Shown here: piece after piece, positions 47,076 to 61,600 of the stretch | Layout: the number at the start of each line of letters is the position of its first letter | Position numbering within the stretch: position 1 is the stretch's first letter | Origin: Oopsacas minuta | Taxonomy: Eukaryota > Animalia > Porifera | Direction: 5' to 3' | Length of the DNA stretch: 64,000 nt | Assembly (NCBI GenBank): GCA_024704765.1 | Contig: JAKMXF010000033.1 | Coordinates: 248,001 to 312,000, forward strand | Notes under the pieces: model-generated | What the model was told of the DNA's origin: nothing | The model's database searches: none | The model's input: the letters and a program-made list of their open reading frames with translations, nothing else | Translations under genes and position numbers: made by a program

Positions 47076-47774
47076 TATTCAAGCAAAAGTAAATATTTAC
47101 ATTAGTGGACCAGATTTTTGTCAACTGGCTTATGATGCAGAGCGGGAATGAGTAAAGATATAATATCCTAAACAGACTACAGCCTATAAATAATAGTCAG
47201 TTAATTGTGTAACTTATCAGTAATATACCTTCAGTAAAATACACATGTACATTCAAAAGTTGAGATTTGCAGTATTTTTAATGCAAATTTCTAGAAATAA
47301 GTGGAATTAGCAAATTCCTATCAACCCACATGCAAATTACTCAATGCTTTCTCTTACAAGTTACGTTCGCATGTTACAGGTGTAAAATTATCAAATACGG
47401 ATATATTGACCCAATATGAATTTGAATCGGGATTATGATGTGTTATATAGATAAGCATTCTTCATAAGTACATGATACCGCGGCTAATTTGGGCTATTGT
47501 CCCTGACAACCACATTATGCCCAGAGAATGATATAATTAATATTAAATCATAATACTATATAACAAGTGAAAATGTGTGGTATTAAACATAAGAGATAAG
47601 TAATGGATATAGAAATTGTGTTTAAACTATCAAAGAAGAGTAAAACTATATCATAAGGAGGTTGGCCTTGAGGTTGCCTGACCGTTGGTAGTTAACACAA
47701 TGCCTTATTAGGATATTAATCTAAAGATCTCTCTTTTATGATAATTGCAGAATCTCTGGTATAATTTAGAAATA

Positions 47775-47874
47775 CAGACATCTGGTAACTCGAATGCCAG
47801 AATTAATTCGGACATTCTCTATCTCAAACTGATTTTGATTACCCCTGAGGGTTCGAGTTACCGGATATTAAGTG
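47775..47874. mobile_element. Degenerate MITE
   Basis: ta|cagacatctggtaactcgaa ... ttcgagttaccggata inverted ends. Confidence 0.5.
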
Positions 47875-48546
47875 TTATGCAAAAAGGTGTGAAAATGTGA
47901 TTAAATATAGAGTTCAAGACGTCAAAATTAGAATCAGTATGCTGGAATTGTGGGATTAGAAGAATTAACGTTGAAGGATTAGTAAGGATAGAAGAAAACC
48001 CATATTTCCCTAGGAAATATATTTATAGAAATTTATATAGAATAAGCTTACAGAAACTTTTGATTAATTAGTGAAACTATCTACAGTCTTATGAATAATC
48101 GTGTGCTCATTCTTTCTGCTTCGTAAACATTTTCGCTTGTTTGTCTGTAAATTTTGATATTCTTAAGATAATTATGTACCAAATACATTTTTTTATAGGC
48201 CAGCAACTTGCAAACCCCCCAGTAATCCCTGGATTATCCGGGTTACAATAAATACAAAATAAAGAGAAATATTCACACATTTATGTGCCTTATTTTCCAA
48301 ATAATAGCCTGAAAATTGCTATTTATGGATATATAACTTGGAAATCCAAAATCCAGATTTAGCAATTAGAATTCAGGGAATTATTGTAAGAGGTTGATAA
48401 GTACGACTGGGTTAAGTTCCCAGTCAATTACACCTCAGCCAATGGCGATAATATCCCTAACGAATAAATGTGAATCAGTTCTGAATTAATTATCTCCAAA
48501 CAAATACAACAAGCTAGTATCTAACACAATTTAGTATGTCAATATC

Positions 48547-49443
48547 CTAAGTAGTAACTTTCAAGAGTTGTTCAGCTTCAGAGAATAGAGCCTCTTTACT
48601 CTTAAAGTCCTGCAAATATTGATAAGACGGACATACATCTTCAAGTTGTCTCAGATATCTTTTACAGAAATCAGGGGGCTTCTTCAATTGCTGGCTAACA
48701 ACATATATATTGAACAAAGTATCTGGATTATTGCTATCTTTCTCAAGAGAATCCTGTAGCAGAGCTTCAGCCTCTTCCCATTTATTCTGTAACAAATGGC
48801 AGCAAGCTTGCCCATTTAACAACTGAGCTGTCGGTACGAATTTATCCATAAGTTCTTGGAAGGCATAATACGCGTCCTGGACCCTCTCCCCACCAATGGA
48901 CAGATTGAACCAAGCCTGTGCCAATTGAGTTAACGTATTATCATCATCCTTGTCTAGCATTGCTTTTATTTCAGTCTTAGCAAGATCTAATCTAGCCATA
49001 CTAATGTATATCTGTACTCGCAATGCTGCAGCTTCTAGATGAGTTATATTATGTAGAGCAGTGAGCGCAGCACTGTAATTCTGCTGATGCATATACACCC
49101 CCGCAGCTAGAATGGGTACTATCTGGTCTTCTTCTTTGTAACCCTCCAGGAGGAGCCTGTCCAGTGCTGTCACTGTCTCTAGGGACTTGTCATGAGGTCC
49201 CTGGAGGTATTGAGCAACAATTCGGAGTGTTAGGAAGGTTGGGGTAGCTGTTGAAGGGTCTATCTCTTCAAGAACAGTCTTATACTTGCCTTGAGCACAA
49301 TATGCCCTGTACATGAACAGTTCTCTTTCCCCTACAACTCCTTTCTTGTCGCTACTCAGCTTTATACATTGCTGGTAATTACCGATGTAGAAAGCATTCT
49401 TTAGCTCAAACATCAACATGTCTTCTGTGGCAGATTGTGCCAT
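48547..49443 (-). CDS. COPE: Coatomer subunit epsilon, intronless
   Basis: LFELKNAFYIGNYQQCI-like start, MYRAYCAQGKY, DDDNTLTQLAQAWFNL, QDAYYAFQEL, LEKDSNNPDTL. Confidence 0.95.
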   Translation of the reverse strand: MAQSATEDMLMFELKNAFYIGNYQQCIKLSSDKKGVVGERELFMYRAYCAQGKYKTVLEEIDPSTATPTFLTLRIVAQYLQGPHDKSLETVTALDRLLLEGYKEEDQIVPILAAGVYMHQQNYSAALTALHNITHLEAAALRVQIYISMARLDLAKTEIKAMLDKDDDNTLTQLAQAWFNLSIGGERVQDAYYAFQELMDKFVPTAQLLNGQACCHLLQNKWEEAEALLQDSLEKDSNNPDTLFNIYVVSQQLKKPPDFCKRYLRQLEDVCPSYQYLQDFKSKEALFSEAEQLLKVTT

Positions 49444-49689
49444 GTTACGTCACAAGCCTCCGCTTATAATGAATATAGAATTTACGTTTAAATATCATGC
49501 AAACAACGGCCATCCCACTTCTATGAGCTTCATACGGCCCTGAATATAAGTATATACTCAAACAATTATATATAATTCAGATCTTTCAATAATATCCCAA
49601 TCTATACTAATACATATCAAACTACAAAACTAATGACAATCTGAATTTCCCTAGTGATAGGCTATACTAAATCTATAGTTCAAACAATA

Positions 49690-52600
49690 TCAAGATTTTC
49701 GGTGTGTTCCGATGGAGGACATCAATAAACACACCCCTCTTTCGTCACACACTCCCTCTGTCATCTCAGGGCTAACGGGAGTCATATCCAGAGAGAATAG
49801 ATAGTTTAATCTCTGATAATTCAAGTATACTGGTATCGTTACTTTATCCTTCTTGTAATCAATAGCTTTATTCTCTTTACTCCAGGACAGACATGTGTAA
49901 GGAATAAGAGTAGAAATCTTATCAGAGATACGTATCTTCTCGTTAACAACTTCAGCTCCCTCTAGAGTAATATTAGTGACAACGAAAGGTGCATCAATCG
50001 GTTTTTCACTGATCCTTACTTCAAGGATTAGTTCTTCTAGTGACCAGTGATTCTCTTGAGCCATGTGCTGTCTAGTAGCAGTCACAAACGCTTCTTGTGC
50101 AAACAACCCTCCCATCCATATATGAGTGTGTTTAAGAGCAAGGTATCCGTTGGTACCACATATCTCAGATATCTTCTGAAACTGATTGATTCGTTCGACG
50201 AAATCCTTTATCCACTGTAGTATCGTTAGACCGCTAGGTATTTTGTATTTCACCCAAGAATTCGGTACAGCCCCTTTATGCAGATTATGCATAAGGGCCT
50301 CAATCAAATTAGTCATCTTTAGTTCGCCATCAACAATAAGAATTATATCATTGAGATTAGCTCGTACTTTGGAGAGGAGATTTGAAGCTTGAGCAACTTC
50401 CCGCTCAAAAAATCTGAATATAGGGTCTTTAAGATTGTCAGCTGTCCTGACTAGAGTCCCTAACATCTTAGGCAAAAGCATGAGCCATTCACCAACTGTA
50501 TTCTTGAGGTTTTTCATCCAAACTGGCCGTCCATCTTCAATCTCAGCATGAGGTTCCACATTCATATCTCCAGAGAGTAATTCTTCCTCCTGTTGTACCA
50601 GAGCATGTACTCTAAGAGTTTTGGAGAGCATTGAAGCTCCTTCACTGATTAATAATACCTCATCGGCATTATCTGGGAGACCGAGCCATGAGGGCATTTG
50701 CTGGTCGGGCAGTTTAGACACCCATGTGATGAATTCGTCTCTTCGAATGCCCTCTGGTATCTTGATCTTCCCCTCAGGGAATCCAGGTACTTGATCCACA
50801 AGTGTAAATCCCTCTTCAAAAGTAGATGGGACGAATAAGTGTCCAATAAAGTTGTTAATTAACCTCTGATCAAAATCATTGTCTATTTTCCCACCGTATA
50901 TGCATTGTGAAAAAAGAGTATTAAGTGCGAACCAAGGCACCTTCTCCGGAGATATATTAGTCCTTCCTTGACTCACAGAATCTATCCAGGAATCCATGAC
51001 GTCACAAGCCATCTTGAGGTCAGATTCATTGAACTCGTAGGTTTTGGACCATCCTTGTGGGGAGTAGCGGAGACGTTCCTGAACAACAGCGTGGAACCAG
51101 GCAAGTAGGAAGTATAATCTAGCTCGTTCATTCGGTTCCCGACACATCTTAGCTGCAGGGATAGTACTGAATGTCCGCATGAGGTTCGCCTTGATTCCAG
51201 GCGGCGGTTCAAACACAAATTTACGAGCTATCCTAAGCAGATTAACTGGTACCTTAGGATTAATCTCTGTTGTTAGGAACAGCCTAAAGTTCGGATGAGG
51301 AGAGGATATCGTGTGTAGCTTCTTCTCAAGTTGAATTAACCAGGAAGGAGAAAGATGAACGTTCTTTAATAGAACCCAACCTCCTGATTTAGTTGCATTA
51401 CGTATTGCTTTATCAGCTTCATCAAATCCTTCAATCGACCCCATAGCGATAGAAGCACAAGCCTTCCTCTGAGAAGCTGAGAGATCATCTACTCTACCAC
51501 TGACGTCAAAGCCTGGCATAGAGCAGAAGAGTACTGGTGTAGTGGGCTTAATTTCACTCTTGATAATTTCTGGAAGGTCTGGTTCTCTCTCCAGCTCCTG
51601 TAGCATTGTCTCTCCGAACACAGAGACAGAGAATAAAGCAGCGGAAGGGAGAATCCTGTCAGGACGTAATGCTTGTATAACAAGTAGCTTATTGAGTCCT
51701 ACTCCTACCTCTGAGATACCACATGAGGGTGCAGTCCAAAGTTCAGGAACACTAAGCTCTGGGGTAGAGCTGTGTAGCCAGGAGATGAACTCTTTAGATT
51801 CAATGTTAATTAGAATATCAGGGAAGTTTGTAGTATTTTTGCGAAGTTTGTGTATGTTTGAGGATTGTTGGGGTGTTAGACCATGTATATTACCACTGAA
51901 CTCATCTTGCCCTATGCTACCACTCCCCCTGAGCATGTGATCATATTCCTGGCTGTAGCCCGGCTCATTTGGAACTCCTTTGAGGAATATAAAAGCTATC
52001 AGAATGGCATAGCACACGCGGTCGACATGAAGCATGCCTCTTCCAACCCTAGTGTATGACAGCTCAAATAAATAGTTGGTAATGACCTTTAGTCTGGCTG
52101 TATAATCTGTTACTCCTGCTAGTTTCGGATTAGAGTGTAGAGTCTGTGTGAATATGTCCAGGAAGAATTGTAGAGAGAATTGATATAGGAAATGTATCTG
52201 TGGGAGTGTGTCCAGAAGAAAGAATACGCCAGAACAAGCCTGTGCTAGAGATAAGTATTGATGAGACGTCTGTTCTATTTCAGTCATAACTTTACTAGTT
52301 TCATCGACTTTTTGCTGTACTTCAGCTGCCTCTTTCTTCAATGTCTCAAGATGGGTTATAATTGTGTCGTCATCAAGGATCCGTCCCTTGACTTCATTCA
52401 GAGCTGAGAGGAGAGATTTCTCCAGGTGTAGCAGTCGGATACGATACTCCCCCTGGAGCTTGAGGAGGTCAGAGCGTTTCTTATCCACGTCAGGACGTTC
52501 AGCTTTCAACACCTGGTTCAAACATTGAGTTTGTAGACTGCTGCGAGTGACTGTAAAGTTCACAAATGTGACTCTAGAACATATGTCCGGTGCGAATTGT

Positions 52601-55600
52601 ACAGAGGGGTCACGTGTTGAGAGTACCATCGTAAATGAGGGAGATAGATCAATATCCTGATCCCCTATCGTCACTAGAACACGTCCTCCTGTCTTCTTGA
52701 GTTCTCGGTTGAGAACAGGATTGAGGATTGGATCGTAGCTCTCTGCATCTTGTACCAAAATAGGATTTCCGAACCTGAGTGCACTTTCTAGATTCTTCCT
52801 GAAGGAGTCATCTAGGAAACTAGTCTTTGTAATCTTTCTATCGGAGAATTCTTTCAAAATAAACTCAGTAGCTTGTCCCGATGGATCTATGAGTAGAGGA
52901 TAGCGATTGAAACGTTTCAACATGATAGCATTCTCCGTACAGAGATCATCTGTTGGTAGAGAGCTCTGCTGCCATTTTAGTCTCTCATCTGGTGTTGATA
53001 GGTACTCGGTACGAGCTAGATCTTCACGGAATGATATTTCTGATAGGTTTAGGTGGTTAGCCCAGGAATGGAATAGCGTCTGTCTAAATTGTTGATCAAA
53101 GTATCCCCCATAAGCGAGAAAAGCCGCAGAAAGCAATACGTCTCCTATCAGTGTGCCCATTTGTTCATGGAAAGATTGACTGCTAACCTTCCATCTGTCT
53201 CTCTCGCGACTAAGAGAGGAGAGAAGAGCTCTTGAGCGTCCGACCTTAGTCTCAACAGCTGTTAATTCAGTCTCTAAAGTCTTTGCTTCTGTAACTAGCA
53301 GTTCATATTCTTGCTGATATACTGTTATGCTATCCTCTAAATCATTAATCTTCTGTTCGATACCAGCAAGTCTGTCTTTAAGCACCTGGGATTCTTTTTC
53401 CAATTCCGTGCGTTCTAATTCAAGAGGTTTTATCTTGTGTAACATGACAGAGTATCTAACTTGAGCTACAGCCCATTTAACCAGAGGGCCACATGCCTGA
53501 CTAGCTCTGTTAGCAGCTTCATAAGTAAAATATTTACTTATCATATACTTAGATTCTAGTTTGTCTCTAATCTGTTGATTTATACGACGAGTTTCAAAAT
53601 TTGTAACTTGTGCAATAAACCCATCCTTGAGTGCGATAGCTCGAACTGATTTCCAATCTCCTTCTTTGAATGGTTCATCAAGAAGACAACATACACCCTC
53701 TAGACTAAGCATGATAGCAGGAGGGGGATTCATAAGGGATCGTAGCTCATGGAGATGAGCCTTCTTGATAGCTCCCACAGATTGTTGAGCTTCTCTGACT
53801 GCGGGCTCCACTTCAGCAAGTTCTGTAGAAACCTCTAGTTGTTTCTGTCTAATGTATTTAGTTTGTCTTTCCAACTCAATTTGAAGAAGTTCAGACTCTG
53901 TCTTCTGTGTTTCAGCTTCTTGTCGGTCTCTCACCATCTGTTGGAGTTTCTGGTTTGCTGCTTTTCTCTTCGCTTCTAATTCCTTCTTCTTCACTCCCAG
54001 GCTAGATTGTAGTTCTTCCACTTGTTCAACTGTTTCACGAATCTTGTTAAGACCAACATTTAAATGAAGTTGTTGTTCTTCCAATTCAGCTCTCTTCTCA
54101 TGAGTTAACTTTACGAAATGTGTCAGAAAATCAAGATAGTGTCGAGGTGTTATAGTCATAACACATTCACCTCGCTTAGCTAGTCTGATGTTAGCTTGAT
54201 GTAGTGTCTTGTGTACGTAAACAAAGGTGTTTACAATAGCTGATCGATGTGTAATAGGCTGTGGAATAAGCTCGTATACAAGAGGGATAAGGTGCGGAGG
54301 ATTGTAAGTAGGATTTTCAAGATCTATCTTATTAGTTAATTCATATCCGACTTGATACAGAGCTCCTGTCGACCAATCTCCGAACCAATTAACTACACAT
54401 CTGTTGAAAAGCGCAGGAGAAGTAGCAGCTCTGTCTTTAAGACCATCGGTAGCAGGATTCATTGTAAATATTACGTGTAGATTCCTCATTACTTCAGCAG
54501 TGAACCATTTGTACAGTTCTTCTTGTGAGTCTAGCATAAGCCCTTGCCTGTGAGTACCGTCTTTACATTGAGTCATAAGGGTAGCGTACTCGTCCCCCTC
54601 AAACAACCCGGGTACCTCTCCATTAGCCAGTAGTGTGTTGAGTCGCTCCAGGAATCCAGTATCCAACACGTTTGATTCATCCATAATAAACACAATCTTC
54701 TCTCCACGGCAACCAGATCTCCGTAATACATTCCTGAGATCTTCATCAAAATCAGTTGCTTTATATTTGTTGTGTACTTTAACCTGGAATACAGAGAATC
54801 CGTTCATCCATGCTACAAATCTTGATAGAGTTGTCTTACCACTACCTGACACTCCTATCAGTAGCAGATGGCCTTGTACCTGTCTCAGTACTCGATCAAT
54901 ACGTAGCACATTATCCAATACTTCATCAAATAGTACTAACTGTACATCAAGCTCTTCTTCATAGAATACACGTAGTCGAGCATGTATGTAGTCTCTCAGT
55001 GCGTTCTGTGTTACAGGCATGTAGTCCTTTGTTTGCCAGCTGGAATATAGGATAGGTCTAACGAGAGCTTCATGAGGGTCAAAGCCAGGGAAGTGGTTGT
55101 GTGCCACTGTGTCGAGCATGGCATCAGTCCATCTCCTCTCATCATCTGTCACTAGTCTGTCTCTGAAAAGTCTGAGGGCCTCGTGAGCCCAAATACGAAC
55201 CAATCCATTAAGAGAGAGGGAATCTAGAGGCTGTAAGTACTCCAGAATCCCCCGTACCCATCTGGTCATTTCACGGGGGCTATAAATATAGTGAGGCTGC
55301 ATATCTTGTGTAAATCTTGACTGAGATTTAGAGTAGAACTCCACCATAGCATCAGTGAGTGGTTTAGAGAAGCCTTTTAGAGAGGGGATCAGTCGTAACA
55401 TAGCTCTGTTGTAAGTACCATAGATCTGGCAGAGAGAGGTGGTGCCTGGGTAGTCTACATATATGACAGGAACATGACGCAAGAATCGGTGTGATAGAGG
55501 CTTCCTCCCGGGATCAGTGGGAGGGTTACAAGCCCCTACAAACTGTATCCTCTCTAAATGCACCCACGCTTGATCAGAGGGTCTGTAGAATCCGCCATGT

Positions 55601-58600
55601 TCCACCAGTTGACGTAAGAAGCATATAACTCGCTGTGTTCCATAGGTATCAATGTCTGGTAAGTTAATTTCGTCACAGAATAGAATCAGCCATTTTCCAG
55701 GCTGCATTGGGGACATAACTAGTCCCTTAGGGGTACGTCTGAACTCACAATAATGATCAAATGTCTTTAGCAACAATTCTGGAGTTGTAGCTGATGAAAA
55801 ATTGAGACCGACAACCTCAAAATCTGGGAGAGACCGTAATGCAGCGAAGAGTGTCATAGTTTTTCCTGAGCCAGGAGGACCGCATAGCACCATGGGTACG
55901 TGTGTAGATAGCCATGAATTGAGGAGAGCCTCATGTCTTACTGTATCTAGTGTGGGGACTACAACATCTGGAGCCGCAACTTTGTGTGTTTCAACTTCAA
56001 TTTCAGGGACCTTATTAAGCCATGGAACCCATTCACCAGAGATATCTACTTCGAAGTCAATTATAGGATTGGAGGAAGGAGGAAGAGAGATGGTGGAAGA
56101 GCCCCGAATGAACTCGCCCATTGTTTTTCTAAATTCATACTTAGCATCACCAGTGAATGACCAGATAATACCAATAACCAGATTTTTTAGCATATACTGA
56201 TCAAGCTGATCAGGTGCTAAAGGGAAATCTGTGTGCTGCAAATTGAAGAATAAGATATTATGTATAGCAGCACGCAATAAAGAAAAGAGAGCGTTAAGAG
56301 CTCTTAGTCGTGTAAACTCCATGATATGTTGCATGGATTCAGCAAATGTCAAGCATCTCATCACCAGACCATCAAGAGCGAAATGTGGTTCAAGCACATC
56401 AGCGACAGTATGCTGGACCTTCATTGTGTCTGATAGCTCCTCTGGCTCATCAGATGTGGTTGGTGTTTTCGAGCGCTGTGTCATGAAATTCTCGGATACT
56501 TCATCTAAAGGTATATTGCGGAGACATTTAATGAAATGATTATAAATCATTTCAGTTTTTAAGATTTCTTCACTGAACCAAACCATTCCGCAGCGTGAAA
56601 CGGTTGCTAAGGTAGCATACTTAAGATCCTGTACTTCGAATAGAATCCGTAGATTTGGAGGAAGGGAAAGTCTCTCCCCATTTGGAAGAGTCAGCATTTT
56701 ATTATCGTCTAGAACTGAATTGAGATTCTCTACCCATTCAGGGTCAACATCACCATCAAACACCACCCATTGACGTTTGCTGAGCTCTCCCCTTACGTTG
56801 TCGATAATTTTTCTCAGGATATGTGTGAAAAGACCATCTGTCCATTCTCTCGTGTTAGGGTCTAGAACACCATATAGTGCTTCTTTTGATATACCTTTGG
56901 GATCAATAACATGTGACACTCCTTCAACGCCATCTACCCTCTCCAAAGCTTCTAGTAGAACCTGCCAAGCTGTAGATTTCCCAGAGCCACTAGGACCCAC
57001 CATCATCAGTCCATGATGTATTTGTGATATCTGGAAGACTTGTAGGACTTTTTGTACCCAATCAGACCCACAGTCCTCTGCTCCCTCTCCATAAGTGAGA
57101 TTACGTTTGTGACATACAATCCTTATCTCAGATCTCAGTTTATCCATATCTGCTTCATTATAAGACATACCAGGGAATACATCTGATAGAAGAGAGTTGA
57201 GTAGAGATATGTCTTCTGCTACAAGTTTAGGTACCATCGTCTCTACTACTGATTGTATTAGGATTTCTTGCTCGGGTAGACGTTCTGCTATGGTAGCTTC
57301 ATCTACTTCCTCTCCTTCTCTTGCTGCTATTTCTTTAATTCTGAGGATTCTGTCTCTTTTAATATTTCCAGAACTGACAAGGACTGGCTTCAGGGCTCGG
57401 AGCCCAAAATCGTAGTGTGACTGTATCGATAATTGCTCTTCACATAGTTGGAAAAATGGAACTATTTTGGACGCCAATACTTCTCCTGTTCTGAAACCTT
57501 GTGAGTATAGCATAACCTGTGCGATCAGCTGACGGTCTGGTTTAGTCATGGATAGCGATCTGAATAGTCTCTTTAGATTATCAGGGAGGTTTGATCGACC
57601 TGCATAACCAGGATTCATGGTCACGAATATAGCCATGCTTGTATTTATCCTAACCTGTTTGCCGATGAGTTCTATTTGGAGAGATCCAGTCTTCTTACTC
57701 CCCTGTTCTTTCAAGGCCTCCTGAATAGTCTGTATCTGCTGCGAAACAGCTGATAATATTCTTTCTTCCAGACGGTTGAACTCGTCAAAACACCCCCACG
57801 CTCCCACTTGACATAGTCCGACGAATATGCGTCCCATTGCTTGAAAATCAAAATGTTCATCACAGTTGAAGACTAAGACAAATCTCCCCAGCTGATGTCC
57901 TAATGCTTTTACTGATTCAGTTTTTCCTGTACCAGCTGGTCCGAATGGTGAGCCTCCCAATCTCTCCTGTAGAGCCTGTGTCATTGTGAGGTAACATCGG
58001 TCAGTGAGGGGAGTCTGTACCAATCTGTCCTGCACCCCTAGATACTCGAATCCGTAATGGAATGTGGCAGCAGCCATGTGTACACTGAGTTTGTCAAGCA
58101 CTTTAGGCTGAGCTGCGTCGAAGTAGAATCTCATATGTGAGAGCCAGTGGAAATCTTTAGGTTGTGAGACATTCTTTTGTATGAGCGATCTAATGACATC
58201 TCTCTGGTGGACGGATTCTATGATAAGATGTTCTAGCTTCTTCCTTCTGAGCGGAGGCTGTTCTTGTAACACACAATCCGCCAAAACTGTTAATGTATAT
58301 TCAACTGAATTAAGGACATGTGTTATAGGAGATGTTTCAGGTATTGTTGTCTGTGTATCCATGGTTACAAGAGCCTCTTCTACTCGCTCTGACCAGAATA
58401 CCTGTGAGGCTAGTACAATTAGTTGTGCTTGAAAGTTGTCTACCCACTGTACGTAACCTTCAGGGTTAAACTCAGAACCAGTGAACTGTTTGATTTCTTG
58501 TACAGCTGACGTCAGCCGTTGAGCTAAATTATTCCTCATCTCCTGCTCTATCATGGAGAGCCAATCGTTTATCTTTGGATGCTCTTTGAGGTTAATCGGA

Positions 58601-61600
58601 GCAACGAATTCAACAGTTTCTCCCTCTTTGGAAGCAACTCCCAGGATTTGATGCTCGTCTTCACTAAGTAGAATAGAAGAAATTCCTGCAAACATTTTCT
58701 TGAAATGTTTCTGAAGCTTTGAGACATTCTTACTGTTACCAATGATTTCTAGTAAGTCTTCGTCACCAACAAAATAAAATCTTGGGAATGATGAGCGCTC
58801 TCTCTCTAAATATTCACCCAAAGCTTTCTGTATCTTAGCCAGCAGATCGGATAAGCGCTCAAGTAGTTTTTGTATCTGTGGAATGTTAAGAACTTCCATA
58901 ACTTGACAAGCCTTTACTACTTTTCTCATTAAAGTAAGGAATTCAGTTGAGATTGTCTGGAATCTCTGAGTCTCAATAGGCAGGAGATGTTTGATGTCTG
59001 CGGAGCCTCCGAATATTCCATCTAGATAGACCCATCTCCTCTGCATGTCAATCCAAACATCAAACAATGCCTGGACACGATTGAGTTTATCTTCCCATGC
59101 GAGTGCTTCTTCCTCAAAAACTCGGAAATATGGAGACAGTTTCATAGCTGCCAATGAGTTAAGATGCTCGCGACATTTGTTAAATAGATCATCCCAGCCT
59201 TTAATCAGTTGACATTTATTCTGATAAGCGATGAGTTCCAATTGGTAAGTATGCCAACACTCCCTTACTTGTCTTAAGAACTCTTCCAATCCCATTTCTC
59301 CCTGAGCCTGTAAGCATATGTCCCTGACGATGGAATCGTTTTTAATAAGGTCTACATCCCATAACTGTCCGAGAGTTAGGTCAGAGAGCGGTCCTCTGAG
59401 TGCCAGCTTGGTCCTCAGGTCTTTCCAATGTCTCTCTTTCAGGGCATCAGATTTCAAGTCGATTAAGCGAGCATTAACTTTAATTAAGCCCTTAAGAATC
59501 TCTTGAACGTGATTCCACGAGGCGTACTGCTTCATTCGAGCAGGAAGGTTCCGTAAATTTGTGAGGATATTGTCAAGGCCATGTCTGACTTTCCTGGGTT
59601 GTACAGAAGCCCAGGGCTGTTCTCGTAATTCATCGATACTTTGCCAAATTCGAGATAATTCCGACCATACTCCTTTCAGGTCCATCAATTCCTCTAGACC
59701 AACTCCTAATTGTTCTTTCAGGGTACTGCTAGGTCCCTGGTCCGTGATCTCTAGTGCTTCTATAGCTCTGACGATGTTCTCCCTCTCTTCTTTCAGGCGG
59801 GTCAGTTTGGATTCAAAAATAGATAATGATGTCAGTGCTTGTTCGGGTTTGAGTGTTCCTTGTACTGGTTTACCCTGATCCCATTCTGTTAAAACCTCCT
59901 CTCCTCTTTGTTCTACTAAGATAGATTCTTTCACTATTTTCTGTTTAAGTGTTGCTACTTGTGTTTGTATAGCTTGATCTTTGCGTTTAAGAATTTCACT
60001 GAATGCTGACCATTCTCCTTCCAAATGTTCCATGTATAGCCATCCTGAAGGGAACTGGTAGCGCTGTCTTTCAAGAATAGTTTGCCCCGAACGGAATAAA
60101 TCAATTGAACTGTCCCAAGAATTGAGTTCTCGTTTCAATTTCTGAACGAAAATAATAAATCCAACAGCCTCTGCAGTTGATGAAGCTTCCACTGAATGGT
60201 TTTCTAGCTCACTGCGTGATCGTGATATATTCGCGTGGAAATCAATCATTGAATTGTTAAGCAACTTCCCGAAGCGTACAATTATCTCTTTATGCCACAT
60301 TTCATATTTATTATTTACTTTAGACTGTACCATGGAGTAAATAACAACAATAGGGCCGAATGCCTTTTTGGTACTAGTGTTATCAACCGTAGCTCTTGCT
60401 TTCTTAATCTCACCAAGAAGTTGTTGCCATAGAGCTAGATCTTCACCGACTTGGGCGAGGATATGAGAGAAATCCATATCCCATAAGCTCTGATACTGAG
60501 TCCATTCTTTGACGTAGTTGTCAACATCTGTAAAAACCTTGTCAATAGAATCATACCCCGAAACGAGAGGTGAGGGATTGAGAGCACACAGGTCATTGAA
60601 GATACATCTATATGTCTTTGCACTAGGTAGATCAAGTGCTGGGTCCCTCAGGTCACCTAATTCTACTTCAAAACGAGATGATCTTAATCTAGGTAAGGAA
60701 GCTACAATGGCGATCCAGTCATTGAATGAATCCATAAGGTAAGATCTGGTTGAGAGGACGTGAGGCTTACAATGCATTACTTGCTGAGTAATATGAAGCT
60801 CAAGTGTGTGTGTAGCCAGGTCAGGTCTGTCTAGATTTTGTATAGACTCCTGTGCATCTTCATCCATCTGGTCAAGTTGGAGAGAAATAACCCACCCCTC
60901 TGCAGCTGTTTTAGCACGCGCCATAAGTTTGTGTTCCACCTTCTTATCCAGAATACTAACACATCTCTGTAGATTAGAAATCCCCATCAAGCTCAACTCG
61001 TCAACCATAGACTGTAGCTTATCAATTGCTTGTCTGAAAGTAGGCTCTGCATAAATACAGGTCTCTAGAGTAACCAGTAGAGATTCAGTTTCATCCACCC
61101 ATCGATATATGTCATCAACCTTGTCTTGGAACCGGGACACAGCTTCGGTTAGAGACTCTACATAACTTGTCACACGGAAATTATCCCATACAAGCATAGC
61201 TCCTTCCAATATGAGTTTTTGAATATGTGATTTGGAACTAGCGAGTAAATAAGGGATTATCTTTTGTTCCTCTCTGTCCTGTATCTTCTCACAAGCTCTC
61301 TCATAGCTACGCATAGTATCCATTAGCGTTATAGCGTGTGGATAGTTCTGGTTAACTTGTAGAGCTTTCTTAGTAAAGTGAAATTGAGGACGAAATCCTA
61401 GCCATTTCAGGTTATTTGTCTCTTTAGAGAATGTGATCATGTCTAAAGTATAGTTAACTGTTAGTTTCCGTATACTGACCATACCTCCAGCTCTAGCCTT
61501 GTGCGTAACTGTGAATATAGCACCCTGTACGTTGAGTTTACGTTGTCCCATTGCTTCACACCATTTCGCGAATATGGGTTCTGGATTCAATTTATGACTG

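Noticed and set aside
47850-47860. GGTTCGAG T-loop-like motif
   Set aside because: Part of a MITE inverted repeat; no tRNA cloverleaf.
48313-48470. Protein-like plus-strand frames (PENCYLWIYNLEIQNPDL..., VDKYDWVKFPVNY...)
   Set aside because: Could not be linked into a phase-consistent exon chain.
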